From: Anaeramoeba ignava BMAN
Lineage: Eukaryota; Protista; Anaeramoebae
Assembly (NCBI GenBank): GCA_028826165.1
Contig: JAPDFW010000080.1
Location: forward strand, 124,001 to 188,000
Direction: 5' to 3'
Length of the DNA stretch: 64,000 nt
A program made the position numbers and the translations under genes. The notes beneath the pieces were generated by a model. That model did not search any database. It was not told the origin of the DNA and saw only the letters and a program-made list of their open reading frames with translations. Below, piece after piece: positions 25,340-37,817 of this stretch. Each line of letters opens with the position of its first letter. Position 1 is the stretch's first letter.

Positions 25340-26325
25340 AAAAAAGTGGAATTAAATTTATTTAAAATGTGTAATTAAATTTATTTAAAAAATTGGAATT
25401 AAATTTATTTAAAAAAATAGAATTAAATTTATTTAAAAAAATAGAATTAAATTTATTTAAAAAAATGTGGAATTAAATTTATTTAAAAAAGTGGAATTAA
25501 ATTTATTTAAAAAAGTGGAATTAAATTTATTTAAAAAAAGTGGAATTAAATTTATTTAAAAAATAGAATTAAATTTATTTAAAAAAGTGGAATTAAATTT
25601 ATTTAAAAAATTGGAATTAAATTTATTTAAAAAATATAATTAAATTTATTTAAAAAAGTGGAATTAAATTTATTTAAAAAAGTGGAATTAAATTTATTTA
25701 AAAAATTGGAATTAAATTTATTTAAAAAAATAGAATTAAATTTATTTAAAAAAATATAATTAAATTTATTTAAAAAAGTGGAATTAAATTTATTTAAAAA
25801 AGTGGAATTAAATTTATTTAAAAATGTGGAATTAAATTTATTTAAAAAAATGGAATTAAATTTATTTAAAAAGTGTGGAATTAAATTTATTTAAAAAAAT
25901 GGAATTAAATTTATTTAAAAAAATAGAATTAAATTTATTTAAAAAAATATAATTAAATTTATTTAAAAAATGGAATTAAATTTATTTAAAAAATGTGGAA
26001 TTAAATTTATTTAAAAAATATAATTAAATTTATTTAAAAAATATGGAATTAAATTTATTTAAAAAAAGTGGAATTAAATTTATTTAAAAAAATGGAATTA
26101 AATTTATTTAAAAAATGGAATTAAATTTATTTAAAAAATGGAATTAAATTTATTTAAAAAATGGAATTAAATTTATTTAAAAAAATGGAATTAAATTTAT
26201 TTAAAAAATGGAATTAAATTTATTTAAAAAAATTGGAATTAAATTTATTTAAAAATGTGGAATTAAATTTATTTAAAAAAATGGAATTAAATTTATTTAA
26301 AAAAATGGAATTAAATTTATTTAAA
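25340..26325. repeat. ~23-25 bp tandem minisatellite (GGAATTAAATTTATTTAAAAAA[A]T) between divergent genes
   Basis: About 40 copies with a constant core and a variable A-run/junction. Confidence 0.92.
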
Positions 26326-26375
26326 AATTCATTTTTCATTTTTCATTTTTTCATTTTTTTTGTAAATTAAAAAAT

Positions 26376-27920
26376 ATGAATATAAATTTTGAAAATAAAT
26401 CACAACTTTTTTCAAGTATTGAAAAACTATATTTATCACCAGAATTTTACGATTTTCAAATTCAAATCAAACAAAACGAGCGAATTCAACGAACATTTTT
26501 ATGTCACAAAACAATTCTTTGGAGTAGAAGTGAATATTTTCAAGGATTGCTAAGAAGCCAAATGAAAGAAAACATTGAATCCAAAGTAATTTTCCAATCA
26601 TTCTCAGTAAATGCGATGGAATCAATCCTCCGCTTTATGTACACTGGCTCAATGGAAATCAATCCTGATAATGTGATTGATATTTTACTAATTGCAAAAA
26701 GATTATTCATTTTGGATGAAAAATTGATACCCTTTCTATATCACTTCATTACTCAAAATCTTGACACAAAAAATGTCATTGGAGTTCTAAGATTTGCAAA
26801 GCACTATCAATTTGACGAATTATATATTAACTGCCTCAGGTTTATAATCCAGAACTTCGACAATATTTATACAAATAAAGAAATACTCACACTTTCGGAA
26901 AAAGATTGGATTTCAATTTTATCTGATCCTTCTTTTTCACCTTCAATTCCCGAAATGCAACTCTTTAAAACTCTTGTTAAATGGGGTGAGTTCAACCTGA
27001 ATTTCGTCGTGGAACCTTCAGCAAACCCCTCAGATAAACAACTGCAGAAAATCCAGAAAAAACTATCCAAATGTTTGAATCAGATTCGATATTCTGATTT
27101 CAAATTTGATGAACTTGTTCAAATCCAAAAATACAACATTATTCCTTCACAAATCCTTGAGGATGCATTTCAATTCCATGAAAACCCACTAAACAAACAG
27201 AAAATCATCAAAAAATATTCCAAAAAAAAATCATCCATTTTCAACACAAGATTTATTCCCTTTAAGGATTCCAAAATCATCACTAAGCATCACAAACATT
27301 TTGCGGAAATCCTCCGCAAATGGATCAACGATAATGATTTTTTTGATCAGATGAGAATGGGCTTTTCGGGATCAAGAGATGGCTGGGACGCAACAATATT
27401 TCACAATAAATGCGACCAAAAAGGAAAATCACTTGTAATCATCAAATCAAAAAACGGGAACATTTTTGGCGGTTTTACTGCAAAGGGTTGGAATTTTGAG
27501 CGGTGGAAATGGGACCGCGTTGATATTTATGATAATAATTATGGATATATAACTGATGAATCTGCTTTTTTGTTTTCTTTGGTTAGTCCAAGTTCAAAAT
27601 TCCCTCAATTTTTCCCTATTAAACCTCAAAAATTTGCTATTGAATATTCCCCAATTATGGGTCCTGCTTTTGGTGATCTTTATGTTGGTAATTTTGGCAA
27701 TATGAAAATCGGTAATTCTAAACTTTTTGGTTGTTGTTATCAACTTCCTGTTGGTATTGTTAAGAAATCAAAACAAGCTCGTGAATTTTTTACTGGTATT
27801 GAAAATTGGGAAGTTGAAGAATTAGAGATACATTTTATTTTGAAACATGATTTAAATGAAAATTCAAATGAAAATTCAAATGAAAATTCAAATGAAAATT
27901 CAAATGAAAATTTAAATTGA
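26376..27920 (+). CDS. BTB/POZ-BACK-TLDc protein
   Basis: BTB: DFQI..FLCHKTILWSRSEYFQGLL..MKE, ILRFMYTG. BACK: CLRFI..NF..LSEKDW..IL, EMQLFK.LVKW. TLDc: GSRDGWDATIFHNKCDQKG.SLVIIK..NIFGGFT, GPAFG. Intronless. Confidence 0.9.
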   Translation: MNINFENKSQLFSSIEKLYLSPEFYDFQIQIKQNERIQRTFLCHKTILWSRSEYFQGLLRSQMKENIESKVIFQSFSVNAMESILRFMYTGSMEINPDNVIDILLIAKRLFILDEKLIPFLYHFITQNLDTKNVIGVLRFAKHYQFDELYINCLRFIIQNFDNIYTNKEILTLSEKDWISILSDPSFSPSIPEMQLFKTLVKWGEFNLNFVVEPSANPSDKQLQKIQKKLSKCLNQIRYSDFKFDELVQIQKYNIIPSQILEDAFQFHENPLNKQKIIKKYSKKKSSIFNTRFIPFKDSKIITKHHKHFAEILRKWINDNDFFDQMRMGFSGSRDGWDATIFHNKCDQKGKSLVIIKSKNGNIFGGFTAKGWNFERWKWDRVDIYDNNYGYITDESAFLFSLVSPSSKFPQFFPIKPQKFAIEYSPIMGPAFGDLYVGNFGNMKIGNSKLFGCCYQLPVGIVKKSKQAREFFTGIENWEVEELEIHFILKHDLNENSNENSNENSNENSNENLN

Positions 27921-28357
27921 AATTAAAATTCATTTTGAAATTCAAATTAAATTCAAATTCAAATTCAAATTCAAATTCAAATTAAATTCAAATTCAAATT
28001 CAAATTAAATTCAAATTCAAATTAAAATTCAAATTTAAATTCAAATTAAAATTAAAATTAAAATTAAAATTAAAATTAAAATTTAAATTCAAAATCAAAT
28101 TCAAACCAAAATTCAAATCAAAATTCAAATTCAAATCAAAATTCAAATTCAAAATTCAAATTAAAATTGAAATTCATTTTGAAAATTAAATTAGTTTCTT
28201 TTAGTTTTCTATTCATTCCTCTTTTTTTTATATGTCGAAAAATAAAGTTTTTTTTTTTGAAATACTTTTTATTCCTTTTTTTTTTGAATGAAAATAATCT
28301 TTATCAAAAAAAAAAAGGAAAATAATGCTTCTTAATAAATTTTTGTTTAATTTTTGT

Positions 28358-29293
28358 TTAATTTTTGCAACAACCTTTTTGAGGTTTTTTTGAAGTCAAA
28401 GAGACATCAACAATTTTAATATGATCAACATTTTTGGGTTTATTTTTTGGATTTTCAATTTCATCAATTTCTAATTTTTTGCCTCTATCAATTAAAGATC
28501 TTTCATAAAATTTTCCAATAGTTGTCCAAATAGAATTAACATTTTCTCCTGTTTTTGATGAAACTTCGAAAAATTGAGCCTTAAGTTGATGTGCTTTTTT
28601 TTCTCCTTCTTCCAATGACACTTTTCTTAATTTGCTATTTTCTTGGACAAGATCCAATTTTGTTCCCACTAAAATTACAAACCTGTCAACATTTGCATTT
28701 TCTAGCATTTTTATATAATGGTCAAGCCTTGAAAAACTGTTCCGATCAATCAAGGCTTTTCATTTGATAATTTTTTAATTTAAATCAATACAAATACATT
28801 TACATTTTAAATTATATTTATTAGTCAAATTTACAATAAACAATTAAAGCACAACCAGCTCCTCGGCAATAAGCAGGAGCAAGTGAATCAAATCTTTCTG
28901 TGTGAAGTTGTAAAAAATTCAAAAAAAAAAAATATTTTAAAAAAATATAAATTTAAGTCTTTTTTCGGTTATTATAAATCGTAAAAATTTCATTGTATTT
29001 TTCAATATAACCTTGTCCTGCTGTGTCCCAAATTGCAAAAGTATATTCAGAATCATACATTCCTTGATATTTTTTTACTAGACACACAATTTTCCATTAA
29101 TTATTTATAAAAAAATTTACTTTTTTTTTTTCTGGTTATTATTTATAAATGTAAATTTACATAATGTTGAAGCCCCAATTGTCGTTTCTGGATCGACAAA
29201 TTGACCCTCAACTATTCTAGTAATAAGTGTAGTTTTCCCAACAAGTGAAGAGCCGAGAATTACAATTTTAAGATCTGCAACATCATAAGACAT
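28358..29293 (-). CDS. Rab GTPase of the endocytic Rab5/20/24 group; 4 exons
   Basis: Spliced: KIVILGSSLVGKTT, TTIGAS, IWDTAGQ|ERFDSLAPAYCRGA, VGTKLDL, EVSSKTG, C-terminal GCCKN. YCRGA recalls Rab20; GTKxD and SSKTG recall Rab24. Confidence 0.9.
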
Positions 29294-29750
29294 TTTATTT
29301 ATGTATTTTTATATGAGGTTTTTGTTTTGAAAAAAAAAATAAAAAGGAAAAAAAATGGAAAAATGAAAAATGAAAAAATGAAAAAATGAAAAAAAAAAAT
29401 AATTCCTTTTTCCCATTTTTTTTTTTTAAATTATTTCCTTTTTTTAAAAAAGATTTAAATTTTTTCTTCTTTTATTTTTTTTTTTTTTAAGAAAGAAATA
29501 ATCAAGTGATGTTTTTTTTTTCTCTCTTTCAAATAAAAACAAAATTTAAATTTTTCTGATCATTTCTTATTTAAAACTTCAAATTAAAATTAATTTGACA
29601 AATAAAGAAAAAAAGAAATGGAAAAAATTTTTTTTTTGGTTTTTTTTTTTAATTTTGATTTTCATTTTTTTTCTTTTTTATTCAATTATATTTTTTTTTT
29701 AATTTGTTTTATTTGAATTGTTTTGTGTGTTTTTTTTTTTTTTTACATTT

Positions 29751-32700
29751 ATGAAAAGCATAAAATTCTTCACCTCTTTTTATTTTCTTCGTTTAACACA
29801 AAAACAAGATCCTTCTAACCAAAAAACATATTTGGCCATTGACGTTGTTCTTGGTTTTCCAAATCTTGAAAATAAAAAAGAAATTGAAAAAGTTAAAGAT
29901 TTTAGCTTTCCAGAAATCTCAGAAGCAACAAAAATGGATTATATTGCAAAGTAAAAAAATGAAAATGAAAATGAAAATGAAAATCAAAACCTTTTTTTTT
30001 TGTTTTTTGATCAACAAATATAACAAAACAATCAATACAAAAAATAACAAGCGACATTGAAAATAATTTAAAAAAAAAACCACCATAACTTTTAATTCAA
30101 AAAAAATATGTCAAACAAAGAAAAGATATTGAAAAAAATTTTTTTTTTCTCTTTTTATTATTTTTCTTTTCTTTTTTTTTTTTTAGTGCTTCTTTTACAT
30201 TTGCAACAACAGATATGGATGGAAATAGAACTTTTGGTGTTTGTAAAAGATCTCAAAAATCAACAATTCGTGCAGTTGAGTGTATTGTTTTTATATCAAA
30301 TATGTAAAAATTCAATTTAAAATTAAAATAAAAATTAAAATCAAAATTAAAATTAAAATTAAAATTAAAATTAAAATCAAAATTCATTTATAAAATTAAA
30401 ATTAAAATCAAAATTAATATTAAAATTATAATTAAAATCAAAATCAAAATCAAAATTAAAATCAAAATTAAAATTAAAATTAAAATTAAAATTAAAATTA
30501 AAATTAAAATTCATTTATAAAATTAAAATTAAAATTAAAATTAAAATTAAAATTAAAATTAAAATTCATTTATAAAATTAAAATTAAAATTAAAATTAAA
30601 ATTAAAATTAAAATTAAAATTAAAATCAAAATTAAAATCTAGACCACTTTTATCATTATTTTCAAATATACTTTTTGTATTTGATTTAATGAGAAATGAT
30701 ATTGGTTCAATTAAATCACTTCTTCAAAGACTTTATCGATATCCAATTCCAGATCCAGGTCAATCAATTAAATTTTCCATTCCTTTTAATAATAAAGATT
30801 ATCAATTCACAAGACCAGAAACTCCACTTGGTGATGTAATTATAATTTTTATTATAATTGTGTTTATTGTTTATTGTTTATTGTTTATTGTTTATTGTTT
30901 ATTGTTTATATAGTATAATTTTAAAATGCTTTTTACTTCTTTGGGAAGAAAAGAATTGATGTGCTTATTTGCTTCTTTAATTTTTGAAAGGAAAATTCTT
31001 TTTTCTTCTTCAAGTTTAAATCGTTTATCGAATTGCATTCTTTCTTCTATTGCTCTTCTACATCCTTTTAAATGGCATGTAAATTGAAGAAGAGTTTATT
31101 TAATTAAATTCAAAATTAAATTTAATTCGATTTCAAATTCAAAATTAAAACTAGCATATACTTATTCCATTATTACCTGAAAAATATCTTGAGGCAGCAA
31201 AAGCACCAATTCCATTTATTCTGGGAGTTCATACTTCATTTATTCCACAATTAGAGGAAATGGATCTTCATGATATTGTTTACATTGATTTAGATGATAA
31301 TAGAGTAGAATTTGACCCTAATGATATTAAACTTCTTCCTTCACATAGAGCAGCAAGATTAATTCGCGCTCTAAATCAACATAGATCAATGAATAACAGT
31401 AAATTTTCTTTTTCGATTTATCGTTTACTATACAATATTAATTTGATAATGTTTCTTTTTTTTTAAAAAATAAAAAAAAAAAAGAATTGGATAATAACCA
31501 AATTGATTTAATTATCCAAGAATTTCTATCCTTTTGGATTAAAATCTTTGGCGATTACTCAAATTTTATGAAACTAAAAGAAAATAACACAGATTACGAA
31601 TTTCAAATGGAACAATTTTCATCAACAAAAAGAAGAAAAACAAAAAAAGTATAAAATAATTGAAACAATTTCTTTCTTTTCTTTTCTTTATATGAAATAT
31701 TAATAATTGTTATTATTCTAAATTTTCAGTTTTTAAAACATTTCCAATTAACTCAAATGTTTGAAGTTTGGATAAGAGAAAAACAAGAAAGAATGAAATC
31801 AAATCAAAAACAAAGCTTAATTGATGATTTTTTTGAACTTTCAATTAGTGTATCCCTTTTATATTTTGAAAAGAAAAAAAAAATTCATTTATAATTCAAT
31901 TCATTTTAATCGATTGCGTTTTTTTTTTGCAAATAACAAATCCAGAAAGATTCAACTCTTGGAAATTCTAATGAAAATGAGAAAAATGGAAATGAAAAGC
32001 CAAATGAAAATAAAATGCAGGTTATCGATGGAACTAATCCATATTGTGATTTTTCTCCTTGTGTTGGAGTTTTTGAAAAATGGAAAGAAATGGAAAGAAA
32101 AGCTCTTGAACAACAAAATTCACCCAAAAAATTTGGAGTGGAAACAAACAAAGAAAAACAAGAAAAAGAAAAACAAAATGATGAGTATCTCCTCAATGTA
32201 ATTGAATCTACATATCAATCATCCAAACAATTTAAAAAATTTTCAGCGGCATTTTCAAAAAGATCCGATTTCGAAAAATTAAATACTAACAAAGATACAG
32301 GTATTATATAATTCATATTTCATATAAAAAATATCCAAAAACATGAAATGCCAAACAAAAAAAAATATTCAAAAATGAAATAGATGAAAAAACCAAAAAA
32401 TCAAAATCCAAGAAAAAAAAACAAGATAAAAAATCAAAATCTTCAAATGTAAATCAACTTCCTCCTCGTAAATCAATTGTAGACACATATTTTCCAAAAG
32501 AAGTTCAATCTTCACCAACTCCAAAAGTGAAGAAAACTTATTCTTTTAAAACTCTTAGACCACAAACATTAAGAGATCGATTCGAAAAAAAACAGAAAAA
32601 GAATCGACGAAAAAAAAAGAAAGATAAAAAAAATAAAAAAAATACAAATTCCAATACAAATTCCAATACAAATTCAAATATAAATTCAAATTCAAATTCA

Positions 32701-32853
32701 AATTCAAATTCAAATCCAAATCAAACAACTGAAACAAATCAAAAATTTACATCCAAATTTAGATCTAAATCTCAATTAAGTGCAAGAGTTAATTTACGTT
32801 TACAAAGATCATTCAGTGTAGCTAATCCAAAGCAAGTTAATGAAAAGGATTAA
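29751..32853 (+). CDS. DENN-domain Rab GEF (DENND1/2-like), 9 exons
   Basis: Spliced: DFSFPE, FTFATTDMDGNRTFGVCK, LFASLIFERKILF.S..L..LS, LLHPFKWH|HILIPLLP...APIPFILGV, DIVYIDLD, FLSFW..IFGDY, TQMFEVWI, then a basic low-complexity tail. Confidence 0.9.
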
Positions 32854-33020
32854 ATTTATTTCTTTCTTTTTTACTTTTTTTGTACATTTTCGGATAATAA
32901 GAAAATTAACAATTTTTTTTTCATTTTTCATTTTTCATTTTTCATTTTTTCATTTTTAATTTTTCCATTTTTAAAAATAAAAATTTAAATTGATTTTAAT
33001 TGGATTTGATTTAATTTGAA

Positions 33021-34862
33021 ATGAAACTTAAACTTCAATTTATGAAAAAAAAATCAATTATTGGTATTTTTATTATTTTTATTGTAACTCTTTGTATCAG
33101 TTTCTTCATTGGAATTCTTGGACCTACAGTTTGGAAAAAAAAAGAATATAATTTTACTTTTACTCCAAATGTTTGCAAAATTATTAATTTTAATTTTAAT
33201 TTTAATTTTGATTTTAATTTTGATTTTAATTTTAAAAAAGTTTGGATATTTTTTATATGGTTCTATTGAGAATTTACAAAATTTAAATCATCAACTTGAT
33301 TTGTCACTTCAATTAGAGAATCCTTTGAACATAGATATTGATGTTGAAATTGGAATATTAGTTATCCTTCGTGGTAAAAATAGACATTCAGAAAATGGGG
33401 AAATAATTGGAAAAATTACAAACAAAACAAGAAATATATTTTGCAAAGTATTTTTTATTTAAATAACTATTTTGTTCATCAAAATTGCATTTAAATCAAC
33501 TGTTCACATTCTTGTTGTTCTTTTTTTTTTTATTAAAATTAGAAAAATGATTTTTGTGATCCAATTTATTTCGTTCATCAAGAATTTATCAAATTTTCAA
33601 TCTATATTTTTGAAGCAACACTTTTTATTCCTTTGGAATTACCTTCCTTCACAAGTGCTCTTGTTGAAGTATATTTAAAAATTGAGGAAATTAATTCCCA
33701 AAAATCCAATTTCTAAATGAAATTTTTTTTTTTTTAAAAATAGGCTCGTTTTTTCAATATAAATTTTTCAATTTTTAGATTAGTTCTTTCTTATTTTTAT
33801 GTTGTACTTATTCTCTTTGGTATTGTTTATGGTGCTTTTATAACAAGACAATATAAATGGAAAGATTTGGCATATGAGCAAAAGTGGATTGGAATTTTGC
33901 TTATTTTTTTATTATTTTTTATCAGTATTTTTAATATTTACAAAATTTTTCATTTTCATTTTCAAAAACAAAATTATTCTTTTCTTTAGATCCTTTTTAT
34001 CCAACCATTTTTATGATTTATTCATCATTTCCTATTTTATTATCTATATTGTTTCAATCCTTCTTTTTTATATCGTTATTTGCTTTTTGGATTATTATTT
34101 TCGACTCTTTTCGTTTTGTAACCAAAAAAAAAATTTTTTTTTCCTTTCTTTTTTTTGACAGATTTTTTAATTTTCTTATCCAAAAAAAAATTTTGTTCTT
34201 TTCTTCTTTTTGGGAATTAAAAGAGAAAATTAAGTTTCAAAATATTTTATCTTCCAAAAATTATTTTATTATTGATTATTTATATTTTTATGATGATTTT
34301 GCTTATGAAACAATCAGTGAATTTAAAAGAAGATCCGCAATTTGATGAAACTACAGATGATTCCTCATTTATTTATTTATTTTTTTTCTTAATTTGCTCT
34401 ATACTTATTTATTTATTGTGGTTTGCTTATATTATCTATCGTGTTTTTCGAGAAATTAAAGAGATCGATAAATCAAAAAAAATATTTGGGTTTCTTTTTG
34501 GATTGTCAACTTTCTGTCTTGTATATTTCGGACTATATGCATTAATGGGATGGACTAATATCAATTATTTTTCTTCAAAAGAATTTATTCTGACAAGATC
34601 TCTGTTTACATTTTATATTTTGTTTATTCTTTATACATTTACTCCTGCTTCAAGTAGAATGTTACAACGGAAAGGAATTCAAAAACTTTTTGATAATCAA
34701 AATCAATTAGAAATGGATGAAAATGAAAATGAAAATGAATATGAAAATGAAAATGAAAATCAAAATGAATATGAAAATGAATATGAAAATGAAAATGAAA
34801 TTGAATATGAAAATCAAAATGAAAATGAAAATCAAAATGAGAATGAAAATGAATTTAAATGA
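33021..34862 (+). CDS. TMEM181: TMEM181 (Wntless/MIG-14-related) membrane protein, 6 exons
   Basis: MKLKLQFMKKKSIIGIF..FFIGILGP, RNIFCK|KNDFCDPI, WKDLAYEQKWIGILL..NPFYP, LFAFWIIIFD, FYLPKI, LYTFTPA. Confidence 0.85.
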
Positions 34863-35219
34863 AAATCAAAATGAAAATGAATATGGAAATGAATATGAAA
34901 ATGAGAATGAAAATGAATATGAAAATGAAAATGAATTTAAATGAAAATCAAAATCAAAATCAAAATCAAAATGAATATGAAAATGAAAATGAAAATGAAA
35001 ATGAAAATGAAAATGAGAATGAAAATGAAAATGAATATGGAAATGAATATGAAAATGAGAATGAAAATGAAAATGAATATGGAAATGAATATGAAAATGA
35101 ATTTAAATGAAAATGAAAATGAAAATCAAAATCAAAATGAAAATAGTGAAGAGAAAAATTTATGAATTTTGTTGTTTTAAAAAAAAGTTTTTTTATTGGA
35201 TTTATTTTGAAAAAAGATT

Positions 35220-37025
35220 AAAAAATTATTTAAAATTATAATTATAAAATGGATTATAAATTTAATTTAAATATTTATTATTTAAAATTATTAATAAAAA
35301 TAGATTAAAAATTGGAATAAATTTATATTAATGAAATTAAATATAATTTATTTATTATTTAATTTAAAAAATTATTTAAAATTATATTATAAAATAGATT
35401 ATAAATTTAATTTAAATATTTATTATTTAAAATTATTAATAAAAATAAATTAAAAAATTGAAATAAATTTATATTAATAAAATTAAATATAATTTATTTA
35501 TTATCTAATTTAAAAAATTATTTAAAATTATATTATAAAATAGATTATAAATTTAATTTAAATATTTATTATTTAAAATTATTAATAAAAATAGATTAAA
35601 AATTGAAATAAATTTATATTAATAAAATTAAATATAATTTATTTATTATTTAATTTAAAAATTATTTAAAATTATATTATAAAATAGATTATAAATTTAA
35701 TTTAAATATTTATTATTTAAAATTATTAATAAAAATAAATTAAAAATTGAAATAAATTTATATTAATGAAATTAAATATAATTTATTTATTATCTAATTT
35801 AAAAATTATTTAAAATTATATTTTAAAATAGATTATAAATTTAATTTAATTATTTATTATTTAAAAATTATTAATAAAAATAGATTAAAAATTGAAATAA
35901 ATTTATATTAATAAAATTAAATATAATTTATTTATTATTTAATTTAAAAATTATTTAAAAATTATATTATAAAATAGATTATAAATTTAATTTAATTATT
36001 TATTATTTAAAATTATTAATAAAAATAAATTAAAAATTGAAATAAATTTATATTAATAAAATTAAATATAATTTATTTATTATTTAATTTAAAAATTATT
36101 TAAAATTATATTTATAAAATGGATTATAAATTTAATTTAATTATTTATTATTTAAAATTATTAATAAAAATAGATTAAAAATTGCAATGAATTTATATTA
36201 ATAAAATTAAATATAATTTATTTATTAATTAATTTAAAAATTATTTAAAATTATAATTATAAAATGGATTATAAATTTAATTTAATTATTTATTATTTAA
36301 AATTATTAATAAAAATAGATTAAAAATTGAAATAAATTTATATTAATGAAATTAAATATAATTTATTTATTATTTAATTTAAAAATTATTTAAAATTATA
36401 TTTTAAAATAGATTATAAATTTAATTTAAATATTTATTATTTAAAATTATTAATAAAAATAAATTAAAAATTGAAATAAATTTATATTAATAAAATTAAA
36501 TATAATTTATTTATTATTTAATTTAAAAATTATTTAAAATTATATTATAAAATGGATTATAAATTTAATTTAAATATTTATTATTTAAAATTATTAATAA
36601 AAATAAATTAAAAATTGCAATGAATTTATATTAATAAAATTAAATATAATTTATTTATTAATTATTTTAAAAATTATTTAAAATTATATTATAAAATAGA
36701 TTATAAATTTAATTTAAATATTTATTATTTAAAATTATTAATAAAAATAGATTAAAAATTGAAATAAATTTATATTAATGAAATTAAATATAATTTATTT
36801 ATTATCTAATTTAAAAATTATTTAAAATTATATTTTAAAATAGATTATAAATTTAATTTAATTATTTATTATTTAAAATTATTAATAAAAATAGATTAAA
36901 AAATTGAAATAAATTTATATTAATAAAATTAAATATAATTTATTTATTATTTAATTTAAAAAATTATTTAAAATTATATTATAAAATGGATTATAAATTT
37001 AATTTAATTATTTATTATTTAAAAT
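35220..37025. repeat. Satellite: 13 tandem copies of a ~144-146 bp almost pure-AT unit
   Basis: Marker GATTATAAATTTAATTTA recurs at ~35252, 35397, 35543, 35687, 35831, 35977, 36122, 36267, 36411, 36555, 36699, 36843 and 36989. Confidence 0.93.
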
Positions 37026-37817
37026 TAGATTTTAATGGATAACAAAATTACCAAAAAGGGGTAAAAAAAAAAATTTAAGTAAATTGGAAAGTCCAAAATT
37101 TTTTGATTAAAATCTTTTAAATAAAAAATTTTAAAGAATAATTTAAAAGCAAAAAAAATTTGGTTATTTGGAATTTTGAAAATAAAATGAATTAAATTAA
37201 AATTAAGTAGAATTTTATAAAAAATTAATCAATTAAAATGATCATTTGATCTTTTAAATTTTTTTTAAAAATAAAATCTAAGTTATTTTTTTTAGAATAG
37301 ATCCTGTTCCAATTTATTATAAAATTAAACAAAAAAAAAAGTTTTTCATTTTGTTCAATTTTTGCCAACAAAAAATTTAAAAGATCAAAACATTTAATCA
37401 AAGATTCAAAACTAAATAAAAAATATATAAATATTTCTTGTATAATTTTGGAAATACTTTTAAATTTGTTTATAAATCTATTTTGATCGATTTTAATTTT
37501 AATATTTTTAATAAGAAAAAAAAAATTATTAAATCTAAAAATACCCCCTTTTTAAATAAAACTAACAAAGAAATAAAATAAAGGAACAATAAAAAAAAAA
37601 CATTCACCTTTCATTTTATTAAAATTTATTATTAATTCGATTATTAATTTATTAATTTAAAAAAAAAAAAAGAATTCGAAAAAGGAAAATCAACTAATTA
37701 AAAAAATAAATAATAAAAAATTTTTTAAAATAAAAAAAACATTTTTTTCATTTTTGATCTAAAAGAATAATAAAAATAAATTTAATTTTAGTTAATTTCT
37801 TATAAAAAAAAAAACAA

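Noticed and set aside
25340-26325. CRISPR-like appearance (constant ~20-nt core with variable junction)
   Set aside because: The variable parts are only 2-6 nt and recur, there are no unique spacers or cas genes, and the context is eukaryotic.
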